DNA of 64,000 nucleotides from Pelomyxa schiedti (Eukaryota; Protista; Evosea), in the NCBI GenBank assembly GCA_020536535.1, contig JAHLWZ010000053.1, forward strand, positions 34,842 to 98,841, written 5' to 3'. This document shows positions 46,158 to 59,618 of this stretch, piece by piece. Position numbers and translations under genes: made by a program. Under the pieces are notes generated by a model that did not search any database, was not told the DNA's origin, and saw only the letters and a program-made list of their open reading frames with translations. Each line of letters begins with the position of its first letter. The first letter of the stretch is position 1.

Positions 46158-49100
46158 TCAACTATCAGACATGGGAAAATCGGCAAATGTGTTGTTGCCG
46201 CCAAGAGAGTCCTCTCGGGCCACTTCGCGGTATCGCTGTGCAAACTGTGGGCTCATGACTACGGTTCGCATGAACTCGCGGAATTTCGGTACACTGTCGG
46301 AATTAGGCAGTCTGGCAATCGCGTATATTGCTCGGAGTGCACTGCGCACTAGCTCCTCGTGGCGGTCAATTTCTTGCTTGACATCCGTTTCGTTTGGTTT
46401 AGATTGTATAGTTTCTCGTAGAGGCTCAACCAGAATATCAAGACCTGGGGTGGTTTGAGTGAGTGTTGGCGTTCATTCAAACAAATGTTACCTTCCAGCA
46501 GCGCTGCACCGGCGGTGCTAGTTAGCCTAATAATCATTAAATGTGCAAGCATCTTGATGTCGTAATGATCAGACATGGCCTGGGCCACGTGCACAACAAA
46601 CTTGGGAATATCCAGTCTGTGTACAGTGGTGTCCAGGAATGTGTACATGCATTCATAAGCATTTTTACGGATTTCAAGACCGCTGTCAACTTTGTGCTTA
46701 AACGGGCCAAGGTCAACCTCTTTAATTAATTCAGGCTATTCTGTGTGAGACACTAGAGACAATAGAGAAACCCGTAACCTTTATTCTCGTTTCATTGTAC
46801 AACTTGGGAAGGAATTCTGGCAAAGTTTCCCTGATAAGATCGGGCTTGTGATGGGCAATGTAATTTAAAGTAAGTAAAACAGATCGCCTGACAACCTTGG
46901 ATGTAAATTTAGTGGGTAATGTTATTCTTGTTTCCCTACTGGTTCAGGGTCATCAAGCAGATTTAGTACACGAGGCATTCTTTCCATAAGGAAAGTGTCC
47001 ACAGGTTGTGGTTGATCTGTGACAGCATACTTAAAAGTGGCAACAACTGTAGACCGTGCAAATGGCTTTGTGGAGTAAGATGAGAATAGAGGTGGACTGA
47101 CATACAGGTCCTTCCAGCTTCTGGTCAAGCTTAGGCACAACTTCACCTGGAATCAAAAGCGTCAACTTCCCTAAACATTCTGCTACAACGTTGCGTGTCC
47201 CCTCTTCATCACTTTCACAGTGAGCACAAAGAAGTTTGAGCAGAGCTGGCAGATGAGGTTTGAGTATCTGGAGGCCTTCTTGTGATGACTGTCTGATTAT
47301 GATCTGCCGAGCAATAAGGGAAAAACTGGGGCAAACCAATAAAACCTCACGGATAGAATGCAATAAAAGGTACTGGCGGTGCGGCTGTTTCCCGATTTCA
47401 GCAAGCACAAAAGGAAGCAGTCTTTCCATACTACCAACTGCCACATTGCCCAAGGCAAATGATGCAGCTTGCTTTATCTTCGCAAGGTTTTAGTAATTAA
47501 GTAAATAAAGGATGCCAACTTCTTCAGCTGAATATTCAAAAGCTGATAGGAGGAGAGGCATGACTGCTTCCTGCTGATGTGAAAGGTCGCACCTTCTTCC
47601 AATCTCTCCAAGAGTCAATAAACTGATGAGTTTCTGCCAAAAATATTTAACAAGATAAATTGCTCTCGGAAAATTACGGATTCATCTTTCGGCTTGGAAA
47701 ATTCCTTTATCATTTTTACAACTACTGCGTCACGCTGTGGGGGTTTTCCACTGAAACTATTAAGTGACATTACAGAGCTGGATGATTTTACCTCACACAA
47801 ATAGAGGCAATGCATTGTGAGACACTCGAGAAGCTTTGTTTACTTACAGGAATTTCCTTACTGGTGTATGTTATGAAAATAGGCCGCCATAGAAATTGGA
47901 ATACGTTGATTTAAGAACAAGTGCTAACAGGTTATCAATTAGCCCATCGAAAGTGATAGTCTTTGTGTTCAACGAGACAATTTGGGTGAATAGTGAGAGC
48001 AAGGACTACCAGGTTGCTTAGAGGCGTTAGAGTAGTTGCGGAAAGAACCTGTAGTGCTACTCCCTGGAGTAGAGAGCTTTTTAGCAATTCAAATATTTGT
48101 GGAAGCACTCGTTCTTGAAGAATTGGTATAACACCAGCATTAGATTGGATATGGATAATCTTAAAGAATAAGAAATTTCGAGAATAGAGAATCAAATAAA
48201 ATACTTGAGAGCACAATTGCAGTGCAAGATGACTAAGGAACAAATCATTATCGGTGATTAGGGCACATAGTTCGGCGAGAATTTGTGGGGAAATCTGGAG
48301 TGCTGATCTTGAGGCGCTGTAATGCACGAAGAGAGTACTCATTGCCATTAGGGAGGACTGTCTAAGTTGTCGATTGCTCTATGTCAAATTTAATTGTTGG
48401 CAGTTAGTGAAAGAAGGACCTTGCGCAAGAAAACTGCAAGTTCTCCAAATACTTCAGTTAGAATTGGATTCAAATCAACATGTAGAGGTGACTCAGCAAT
48501 TTTAGAAATTACCTGGGGGGGGGGAAGTTAGATACAGAAATGGCAATGGAAAAAAGTACTTTAATTGTTGTAAGACGGGTTATTTCATTCCTCAACTTGT
48601 CTAAAAGTAGATGCAGGCATATTGGAATTTCTGCTACGAGGTCATCACCAAGTACAGATATTATCGTTCCCATGCAATTTAAAGCCCATTCCTTGACTTC
48701 TTGGTCTATGTCTTGTGCTTTCAGTTGGGTGAGTGCTGCAGCATAGAACCCAGGTACGTATGGCCTGTAGTTAAAATCTGGTGTTGATCCAACTGAAACC
48801 AATGTTGGACGCATGGCTGTGCACAGAGTAGAAGCAACACGTAATGCCTCTACCGCAATTCGATAATAGGTGTCGGTCATAAGAGGTACAATAAGAGGAG
48901 TAAGATTCTCAATGTGTGGATAGAATATGGAAGCCTGGTGGTGTTGAAATAGTAATCGAAGGAAAACAAGAGCTTCAACTTTAAGATTAGAAGTTGAATT
49001 TCTATCCTAAACAGAGTAAGGAAAAGCTTGATGAAAATCGATGTACTTTAAGGGAGTAAAGTATTCCTTTCATCAATTCGGGCATATATGGGCCCATACA

Positions 49101-50969
49101 GTCCGATAAAACCGACACAAGATCTTGAAGCAAACAAAAAGCACCCAACCTCACTTTAATGGACTTGTTGTGCAGTTGCTTGGATACACCAGTGACAGTT
49201 TTGGGTAGTTGACCAGATAGTAATGCAGTAGTAGCACTTGAAGACGCAGTCAGAAAACCACGACAAGAAAGGAGGAAAGAATCGTGGAAGAAACCTTGCA
49301 AAAGCGGCAGAAGATCTCTTGTTGGAGATGGCTGTTTGCCTGAGTAGGTCAACAAAAGTGCGGAATATATCCAGCTAAATCTATCACCGAAAGGAAATTT
49401 GTTGGGGTACTACCTTAACATTCTCTTCCCTTTCTCGGAAGCGAGCAATGAGGATTGGTGCCGCCTGCTGATAGAGGTCTTGTATCAGATCAATCCTTGT
49501 TGTGATAATTGCAGCCAAGCACTTGGCTGAAGACCTTCGCACCTTCCAGCTTAGGTCATCGTCGTCGCTGTAGTCAGTATCTTCTCTAGGGGGAAAGGGT
49601 CAACAAAAAAAGAAAGAAAAAATGTGTCTCACGTTTCTTCCTCTTCTTCTACTTCATCAACCTCCACATCTTCAGTTTCTTCATCATCAACAGTGTAGTT
49701 CGGGTCATACTTTATAAACTTGACAGCAAGTCCCATAATTAAACGGACATACTGTGACATTTCCTTTGGACAACGTAGTGATAGAATTTCGAATGCCTTG
49801 AGGAAAGTAATTGAATATCTCATTGAGTGATTCCAACAAACCTGAAAGCAATTCTCTCTTAGTTCGTCATCTTGGTCGAATTTCGGGTTGTCACAGTATT
49901 TGACAAGGATTGGTACAATAGACGATAGATATCTGCTCACTCGGAATCCAACAGCGCTTCTAAAGCGTTCTATTAAAATAGGCTTAGGGAATAAGGGGTG
50001 TACCCAATCGCGGATATGCACTGTATAAGTGTACGTATATGATCAGCTTTGGCAGCGGAAGCAATACCTGCAAGCAGGGAGTCGAGGAGCTGTGCAAATA
50101 AAGGATCCGGATCAGCACCCGCCAGAAGGCCCACACAAGTAATGCACCGTTTTCGAACAGGTGCAATATTGGATGTGAGCAAAGGAAGTACTGCTTGCTG
50201 CACTGCTTCGTGATTGACTTGCCTCCCCATACGGTTGAGGAGGTCCACAATTATGTCTAGGCAGTACACTTTGACTTCAGTTACATCTGACTACAGTTTT
50301 AAGGGCATGAGTGTTTTTTGGTGGGAAGATGCTCATAATAAAACACACTTGTTGTAAGAAGACAAGGAGACGGGGTGTCAATTTTTTGTGCAAATATGTT
50401 GATAAGGCTGCCGAGTCAGCAGGAACAACATTGATTACAGCTTTTAGTCCCATGGAGCATATATCACGGAGCTCTTCTGAGCTCTTCTCGTTTAGTAATG
50501 CCTCTAGGGTTGGTGAAATTTTAGATAATGGGAATGAGAAAGTGGCACCAGACAGATTTTCCAAAATGTCAATGACCACTGGTTCTTTCACTTTTTTGAC
50601 CAAAGGGCCCATGCTGAAATGAAGGTGTGTGGTGAAAATCTCGTGACCCAAACAAGAAAACACTTACCACTTGACAGCAAGCTCTTGAATGTTATTGGAA
50701 GAGGTCTTCAATAAATTGAGCAAAGCAACCACAACACGGCCTTCCATCGAGGGATCAAATTTGAATGTCTCCTTCTCAACCTCGGCAAGAAGATCTGACA
50801 CTCCCATGTACTGGAAGTCTTTGTCACGTGCTTGCAACTGTAGACAGTGTCATCCATTTAACAAGAAAGAGTTCGCATCGACAGCACAAACAGAGCCAAG
50901 GTTTTTTTTTTATTTAATCTGGTTTGAGGTTGCAACCTTCTCCAAAATTGCCGTGATAGCGAATGACAT
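46158..50969 (-). CDS. CAND1: Cullin-associated NEDD8-dissociated protein 1
   Basis: [130 protein letters not shown]. Confidence 0.96.
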
Positions 50970-51510
50970 CTTAAGTTGTGTGTTGTCGTTGCACCCCTCT
51001 ACGTTGTTTCCTTTTTTTTTTTTGTTTGTTTGGTTTTTGATTAGACAAGCAGAACCAATTAGCCTAACAGATCTCCGAGCTATGAGGCTATATTTCTATC
51101 CTGAACCGAGCAATTGCTCTCTCCGAGGACAAATCACAGTGAAACCACGAAGGACAAAAAAAATTCCAAAAAGGCTTGTGCAGGAAATATCAGGTACGTC
51201 GATATTATGTACACTAGCAACAAGTTCTCTTGAACAAACTTCAATACACCCCTTAGTCCATGTCCCTACGCCAAACACGGCTTCTTCTTACTTCCTCGTG
51301 CTTGCGCTCGATATCAATCGAGTTTTTTTCTTTATTTAATTGAAGCTTTATTTTGTTTTTTTAATTTTTTTTTTATTTACATTTTTTGTTTTTTTTTCTG
51401 GGGCCGCCTCAATACCTTTTCGTGCTGTGGTTTTTGGACTGAGGCTTTTTCTTTTAACTTGTTGCGTCAAGATAGCAACCCAAGACCGTCCGTGATATAG
51501 TGCATTTCCC

Positions 51511-53518
51511 ATGTCTGGAAATTCTCAAGAGGAATCGTCACCCAAGCCTAATGAGTCTTCTTCAGTCAAACAAGGATCACCACAAACAACACAAGGAGGG
51601 GCTGACTTACAATCCTCACTATTGGAGGCTGCATCATCACTGGCTGACCTGTCATCCATCATACAACTAGTCAGGGCAAATAACCAAGTGAACACTACAA
51701 GTACTAGCACCACTAGCTCTACTGGTGGTATACAGCAATCTGTGGTGGACCCAGTACTTCCGCGGACTTCCGCTACTACTGCCATCCCTCAGTCATCTGC
51801 TTCAAGTCATGGTAGTCCTGCCTCTCAGTTACAGATTTTATCAGCTTTGTCCTCTTCTGGAGTTGATGTAGCTTCTCTGATGCAACCAGATCTTCTGATA
51901 AGAGAAGCGGGTACGAAGAGAAAGAGTCCTTCATATGAACCACCTCCTATGGTATCCCACTGCTTCGTGAATACTGTTTAACTCCCACAGCAATCTCCTA
52001 CGCGAGGATACATGCAACCGCTTCAGTCATATCTCCACGAGAAAGACATGAGCCAATTTTTACTAGGAAAATTCGGTGATATCAAGGGAATGGAGGTAAA
52101 CATCAGGAACATTTCTTTCATGTTTTTTACACTTCAAAGTCTGAGGCGTCCTCGATGGGAGAAACAGTTGCCCCTCCTCCATCACACCCAATTCCAAAGC
52201 CTTCTCCATCCCAACCACCCCGCACTAGCTCACCTAGTGAAACTGGTGAGGCAGAAAAAGACCCCTCAGGTATCCGTTTTAAATACTTGAGTGTTCTAAA
52301 TCATTCCTTAGCCAACATGTTTTTCTTCAGTCCTGCACTGCAAGGTCACGTTCCTGTTCAACCTCTCCCACTGGCTCAAATCACACTCAGTACGCCAAAG
52401 ATTTTCAAGTTCAGGACATTTTCCTTGTTTCTGGTGTGCCCACGTACTTATGTGTTGGTCTCAAATCCTCAAAGGAATTGAACTCTGCCTACGTAAAAAA
52501 GAATAAGCTCACCGAAGACGACATTCTAAAAGCTGGAATCGCAGCGAAGTGCTATAAAGAAAGTGCTCCTGATCAAGGTTACCATATAACCTTGAGATTA
52601 TCCGCCTAAAAACTCGCAAAAAGAACTTGTGTCGTGCTCGATCTGCAGCTCCAAAAAAAGAATAATTGAGCTAGCAATATCCAATAAAGCTGTTTTTGGT
52701 CCTAAGAGAAGTACTTATGGCACTGAGACGTACACTTTTGATGTGTGTAAGACTAACTGCTCCTCTTCCAGGTTATTCACTAAATCCAATCCAACCTATA
52801 GCAAACTAACTGTCAAATAGAGATCACCACAAAAGCCACCTTCTTATTGTCATTGATGGACTTCCAGGGCTTGGGGCAATTTCATCAATGCCCTTCATTG
52901 TTCAAGCACGAGAAAAACAGCAAGGTACTCGTTTTAGCCTCCTGAAATCCTTATAACCTTGAGAAGGAGGCAAGAAGCTGCGAAATAAATTGGCTGGCGC
53001 CCCAATGGACAAGCCTCCAGGGTCCACTCCCTCTCAGGAGATTGTTCCAAGAGCAAGTGTCACGAGTGGATTGCAGGCCCCCCCTCAGTACGCACCAAGC
53101 CCCGAGAGAGTTATCCATGTTGGTAAGCAAGTTCTCCTGAATTCATTTGCACTGCGGTACTAACCACGGCCCTAGAGATGAAAGTTAAAGTATCATTGGC
53201 CAGTTCAACATTGGAATCACCAGAACTTGAGAAACTTGTTAAGCACTTTCGAACTTTCCTGGCTAGACTACCGGGATACATACAATACAAATTCACTATC
53301 CTTCCAGGTTTGAATCAGGTTCCATTAAACCGTGAATCAACCCAAATGTAGGCTTAGCAGTGGGCTTTTCCTTTTTTGACACAGAAGAGCACCACATGCA
53401 AACAAGCACGCTAGTACGAAACTACATGCACAACATAAATGGTGTGAATAACCTTCTCAACTGTGACCTGGTGGAAAATGGCATCTGCCTTCTACTTGCC
53501 ATATGTACCTCTTGGTGA
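51511..53518 (+). CDS. Putative Ig-fold (p53/SPT23/CudA-like) Zn-binding transcription factor with C-terminal ABM-like domain
   Basis: S/Q-rich N-terminus and a KRK NLS-like motif. Core ELVSCSICSSKK...ETYTFDVCKTNCSSSR|DHHKSHLLIVI...SMPFIVQAREK. C-terminus FRTFLARLPGYIQYKF...GFSFFDTEEH. The gene is clear; domain calls are inferred. Confidence 0.55.
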
Positions 53519-53748
53519 ACCCTTGTCCAGGCATTCCCAGGAACCCATTTTGTCAGCTGTACAGTAGCCAGCCCCAAAAAACCAAAAAAAAAAGACGAAT
53601 AAGAATAGTCACAGTGCTTCTTATGGCAACCTCAGTACGGAACCGGTTCTCAGTTGCAAAGGCCGATCAATCTCATTTTAATTTCCAGATCTTTTCAGGA
53701 AAAATCACAAGCGGAGAAAAAAAAACCCAAAAAGCGAAGGGACGTGTG

Positions 53749-56700
53749 ATGGGGAGAGACGGAGCGTGTCGGGTGCCAAGTTTGCAGGCAATTTGTGCCA
53801 ATTTTTTGGCAACTAGTCCTAGCAGCACTCTTTTGGATATAAATTACATAAAGGCGAGGGGACAACACGGCGCCTGGGAGCACACTGTGTGGGATCTCGC
53901 TGTTGCCAATTCATCGAAGGGGCTTGGTGTGTGTAAGATCTACCATACGTTTCTGCCTCTTGTTTTCTTCTACTGGCACTATGCGGATACTGAACGCATT
54001 GCCGGTTTTTTACCTTCCTCATCGTGTTCAAAGATGCGATTGGTACTCGGGTCTTACTTAATTTGCTGCTAAGCAATCCCTTTTTGGCCGCGCAGCTCTC
54101 TGGTGGAAATGGCAATCCAATAAACATGTCGCAATGTGCATACCCCATTGTTATGAAAACTTTTGCTGATACCCAAATTGTGGCCCCTCCAGAAAATGTT
54201 GTCCCGCCTTATTTCTTTGCAGAATATTCATTTCTACTCAGATCAAGCTGGATTTCACTGGATCGTTGACACTATCGGACTCCTCTCTACTTGCGTTATT
54301 GACAAGTGACAAGCTACTGTCTTTAAGGATTTCATCTCTTTGCTTTTCAGGGTGCTTGGGCATTTCGGACTCGAGTGTTTCCTGTAAGTCCCCGCAGCAC
54401 AATCGAGATTAATATATCCCAGTTACCCAGAACTTACATGGTTTTCCCCAATATATGAATGAGAAAATACTGAAGTGAAGGCCTTACCAAGTTAATCACT
54501 TTAGAAACCTTGCAAGAACTTAATCTAAATCAATGCACGAGTATTTCCGACGAATGTCTTGCTGTCATTCTGCAAAAATGCTCTAATTTAACGTTTCTCA
54601 ACATCGCCGACACATTTGCTTCCAATAAGTCTGTTCGATTGGCTCTCGAAAGGTTAAAAAAAAAATACTGAATGTTCCCAACAAATACCTTACAGGTGCT
54701 CCAACCTGCAGTACCTTAACTTAGGAGAACTCTTAATCACAGACTCTATAATTCCCTCGGGCCCCCGTCCAAGGCTGCAAACATTGCTCATCAAAGGGTA
54801 AAGGAAACCAAAGAAGCGGGAAGAAATACCCCTCACTGTGACAACTAGGTATTTCCATAGGTTGGATACAGGACTTTCGGACAAATTCCTTGAACAAATT
54901 CCCACAAGGTTCTTCTTAAATAATTAAATAATATGAAACTAACGTATACTGGCAGTTTCCCAATGCTACAAAGACTAGAAATACATTGCAGGAGGTTTAC
55001 ACAATCTACAATATGTAAGACTATACAAGCTCTTCCACACATCGAAGTGTGTGGTTTTTCTACTCCTTTCACTGAGGCCGAGCTTCATACACTTTGCCCA
55101 GGGAGCACAACCATCGTACTTGATGGTAACTGGGACAGGGACTCAAATTCTGTCGATTTGCAGTCCCTACTAGGGGAGAGGTTGCCACATCTGCAGCATG
55201 TGAAACTGTCGTACAAGTCCGTTTCAAACATCGAATGCTTGGCACAATGTACAAAACTCACCACTCTGAAATTGCTTCACGTACAAGGAACTGGTAAGTC
55301 ACCGCTCCCACTATTGCAGTCTATTGCACAATCTGGGTCTTGCCTTGAAAAGCTGTCGGTGGGAACATATCTCATGGCCTGTTCGGATATCCAATCACTG
55401 CTTCATTCCCTACCTTCACTCAGAAGTATACATCTCGATGGCATCTCTTGCGCCAGAGACCAACCACCAATCACTTTTCGTCACCCACGTTTGGAAACTA
55501 TCACACTCCTTCTCAGGAAAGCCAATAAACAAGCCGATTCTGTTCCAAGAATCCAATTTATATGCCCCCGTCTTAACTCCTTGACGATGCAGTTTATGGT
55601 TCCTGTCAGTAGGACCAAACTGGAAACTATCATTTCTCTACTTCCAGCATCCATTTCATCCTTGACCCTATCTGATGCAGATAACTTACCAGGAATAACA
55701 GTTTCACTCAAGCACCTTCCTTTACTGAGGAGTTTTAATGCACCATTTTCTGTGAAGTGCTGTGATTACAGTGGGATGCACGTACCAGGCACTGTGAACT
55801 TTGGGTTTGACGACACTTCCCTTTTTCCTGTCAGTACTGTTTCCAATTTGCAGTCCTTGCACATATTCAATGGCTCCGTGACGGAATCGGAAATTCAGTA
55901 TTTCGGGCAGTTGCCCTTCCTTAGAGTACTGAACATGACGAATAACCATGCACTCACACGTTTCGTCTTTGCCCATCCAGCTGTCCTTGAAATCACACTC
56001 TTGTACTACACCGAGCTGAAAACATTTAAACTTGATTGCCCGCAACTTCTTTCTCTGAATATCGACGGTTGCCCGAAAATAGCTTCCAAAGTTGCAGCTT
56101 GTGCACATCTGTACAATGTTCCTAACTTGAGGTTCCTCAATTGCATTATGACTTCCAGTTGTGTAAGCATCCCAAGTCTTGAACATCAACTCAATTTGGC
56201 TTCAAGTTAATATCTTACTACCCAGGGCTATCATGGAGAAGAAGTTGGTTATGACATTCCTGCTAAGACATTCGTGTTGACTTCTGTGCCTCCTTGCCTA
56301 ACGACCTTGCACTGCTACAACACCATACGATTGTTACCCGAGGTTTCTATGGTTTCATTAACTGTGTTATTCTTGACTATTTTAACAGCTCAGGCTGACG
56401 GACACTCACTACAAGATTGAATCCCTTAGGCTTTACGGCTGCTACATGTTGGAATCCATAACTATTTCCCTTCCCCACCTCTACCATTTTGATGTGGAGA
56501 ACTGCCCAAGAGTTCGCAATATCACAATTACACATGCCGGAGAAATGGCACTCCTTCGCATATCAAACGCGGACCCCGACCATTTCTCTCTCACCCTTGG
56601 GGCGGGAGTAGAATGTGTCAGAAGACTGTTCCTGGCACATCCATTTGCCTTCAGCACACAGTTTTTGGATCAACTCGCCGCCTCTGCTCGGGTCTCCCAT

Positions 56701-56808
56701 TCAATTGAATCGTTTGAGCTCCCCCAGCCGCCATGTGGAGTTGATTACACCACTTGGCAAACTTCTGTTTCCAAACTTTGCCCTAAGGCCACAATAAGCC
56801 TGTTTTGA
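53749..56808 (+). CDS. Leucine-rich-repeat protein with N-terminal BC-box-like motif (putative cullin E3 substrate receptor)
   Basis: VPSLQAICANFL at the N-terminus and many LRR_CC-like repeats (LQELNLNQCTSISDECL, LLSLNIDGCPKI, LYHFDVENCPRV). Confidence 0.75.
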
Positions 56809-56913
56809 TTTGGGTTCTTGAGAAAAAATTCAACAAGTTTGTTGTTTTAAAATCATGAATAACAGGAGGCTAATGCCAAGCTGCTACCATCCAAAAAAAA
56901 AACAGCATGTAGT

Positions 56914-58117
56914 CTACACTGAGAAATGTCCTCGGGAGGAGAAATCTATTATCTCCTCTTTGCTGATATAAAGTCCGGCATGGGTGAGGATTCCTGTTGA
57001 GCCATAATGAGAAGCAGTACCGGGAACAAACTACTTCATACCAATGGATGAGAAAATGAGAATCCAGAATATTGTTTTGCCAATAGCATACCACACCAAC
57101 AGAAATGTTCCTGCGAAAGAAAGATTGGTGTTTCATATGTTTCGATAGTTGAAGAGAAAAGTACCGAGAAGAAGAGAAGCAACAACTGCTTTTGGGGGAA
57201 CTGTTTTCCCAGCAATAACCACAGGAGAATTACGCCACCAGAAAAAGTAGACCCAGATGCCAGCACACAGGGAACAAATCAACAGGAAAAGGAAGTTTGT
57301 TAACCTGTAATTGAAACTCAGTACGAAGCCGTACAGAAGTGGGCACTAACGCGAAGAATAGCATGAGAATCCCGACTACAATGATGTAGTTCATATAAAA
57401 GCTGCTTATGTTTGACTTGATTCGTGGAGATAGCTCAGAAACTGAAGGAAGTCCATACCTAGGATGAAACAAAGCATAGGGTTTTAGACACCCAGGTAAT
57501 ACTATATTAAAAAAAAAAGTAATTTAAAATGCCATTTTACCCTCCATTTCACCCACCACCCCTAAAACAAACAAAAGCACTCATCACAGTGTATGCACAC
57601 ACGCACACGCGCACACACACATACTTGGATTTGTCCCCGATAAAGTCCTTCCACGAAACCAGAGCTCTCGCCTTGAGCCCGTCCTTCGCCGCCCCAGCCA
57701 TCGACGACGCGGCCGCCGCAGTCAGCGACGCGATGCTAGGGAAGGCAGGGATCGGCAACGGCGCATTGGGCTGATTCTGAGCAGAGGAGCTGCTGCTGCT
57801 GTTACTGCTGTCTCCGCTGTTGTTTGCATCGGGCTGAGGCTGGCCCTGCTGCTGCATTTTGAGCATGGCGCCGGGCAGCTGTTGCACGAGGGTGGCGGCC
57901 GCGGCAGCAAGGGGGCTGATTATGGGAGGGGGCACTGGGGTGGTGTTGGCACTGGTGCTCGGGGGCACTGACGGGGGGATGCCTGAGGCCTCTGCATTTC
58001 ATAAACCACACGAGAGGAAGGAACAGTTAGTTGGTAACTAATACATTTAGGTTAACTTCATATCCCACGGGCACGGGGTGCGTCACCTTCCGGCAACTTC
58101 TGAAACTCATCAGCCAT
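56914..58117 (-). CDS. PRA1 family (prenylated Rab acceptor) protein
   Basis: Spliced MADEFQKLPE|EASG...ALVSWKDFIG..|YGLPS...PRIKSNISSFYMNYIIV, hydrophobic hairpins, C-terminal ILTHAGL. Confidence 0.8.
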
Positions 58118-58494
58118 TTCGTTCTTTCTATTTTGTTCCTTTTTTTAAAGACAAATTTTCGGTGATGGCAACAGTTCGAACTTCTCTTGGCTCAGCACAT
58201 AAACATGGAGCTCACACCAAGGCAAAGAGACCAATAGCTCCTGTGCGTTGCCACACCTATGCCCACTTCCTGTACTTTGATTATTTTATTCAGCCAAATG
58301 AAGCCCAATGCCCACGATGGACAGGCACAGGAGCAGTCGCGGTATTAATTCATCATCCAGGTCAATGAATTGTGGGAGGTTGCGAGGTCACTGATGGAGG
58401 CATTGCCACGTGGGCGCCTGGGTGTTTGCGTCTCGTTGAAAGAAAAGTTCTCACTGAATGAACCGACATCAGACATATCAATAACCTGACGGGG

Positions 58495-59300
58495 TTGAAG
58501 TGGGCAGTGTCTGTCTTTAATATAGAGCTGAATCTAGGGTCGTTCTGGTTTTGGCCACATCAACTTCGTGAGCTCTTCTTGTGGCAAACACCAGGGCAGA
58601 GTGGGACGCGTTCCCGAGCTACGCACGGCAGGTGGATGCTGCCCCTCGGCGCTGATGACAGGTCCGTGATGATGGCCGGTGACCTGGAGGCACCCGATCC
58701 CAGCGCGACGGCTACGAGGGTGAAACTGCCCTGGGCCGTGGAGACCATCGAGGTGTCAAAGTGCTTCCCGAATGAAGCACTATTCATTGCGGGTGGGCCT
58801 GATGCCTCGGTGGTCATTGTCGCACTGATGGACGTTGAGAGGACAGTGGCGTCCAAGACCCTCGCTGTTGTGAGCGAGATCAGGGTTCCACGGGAAGATA
58901 CAAATGTTGAAGAGGGTCTTGTTATGTTCGAGGGGCTGACATTTCCTCCACTGGCACTTCATTTGAGGAAGAAGAAGAGCTACAATTACACTTGTGTGTG
59001 GGAGTGGTGGTGATGATGACGTGGCGGTCGTCTTGCTGCGGGTTCATGTTCATCACATCAGGGAACACACTCCAGTTGCTGCTTCTGGCTTCGTTGTTGT
59101 CTCTGTATTTCAGTGTTCCTGTGTTTGCTCTTTGTTCTGATAAAAAAAAAAACATATTTCTATTCCTCACCACAGCAACAACCTCATTCACTGCCGACTT
59201 ACGAAGTGGATGGGCTTTATTCGACGAGTGACAGCAGGGTAACTAAGCTTGACAACAACAGACGTGGCACCAGAATCCCTGTCGGCAGTCTCCATAAATC
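58495..59300 (+). pseudogene. Truncated/disrupted paralog of the 31717-33078 family
   Basis: No ATG at the ORF start and frames are broken. VALMDVERTVASKTLAVVSE and RVTKLDNN parallel LCVVDLPRSCTGNSLVTASST and KISQLNGS in the 453-aa ORF. Confidence 0.45.
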
Positions 59301-59618
59301 GCTCTCGAATCCGCATCAGATGATACAACGGATCACCAATGAGTGTCCGTGTCCAACCTAGACACAAAGCAGTGAAACAAATTGGTGCAGGGCTCGGAGG
59401 GAAGAAAATATCAAAATTTTTGCAACTAGAGCACCAAAACATAACACAGTACAAGCATGTACACTCAAGTGCTTGCGTGCATGCTTGTTTGAGGCTTGCT
59501 TTTGTGGGCAAAATCACACTGACGGGTATCATCACTCCGTGCTTCTGTTGTCTACCCAGATTTACCGCAATTGAATCCTTGAATGCTTTGGGCAGATAAA
59601 CAAATTTGTTACACGGTT

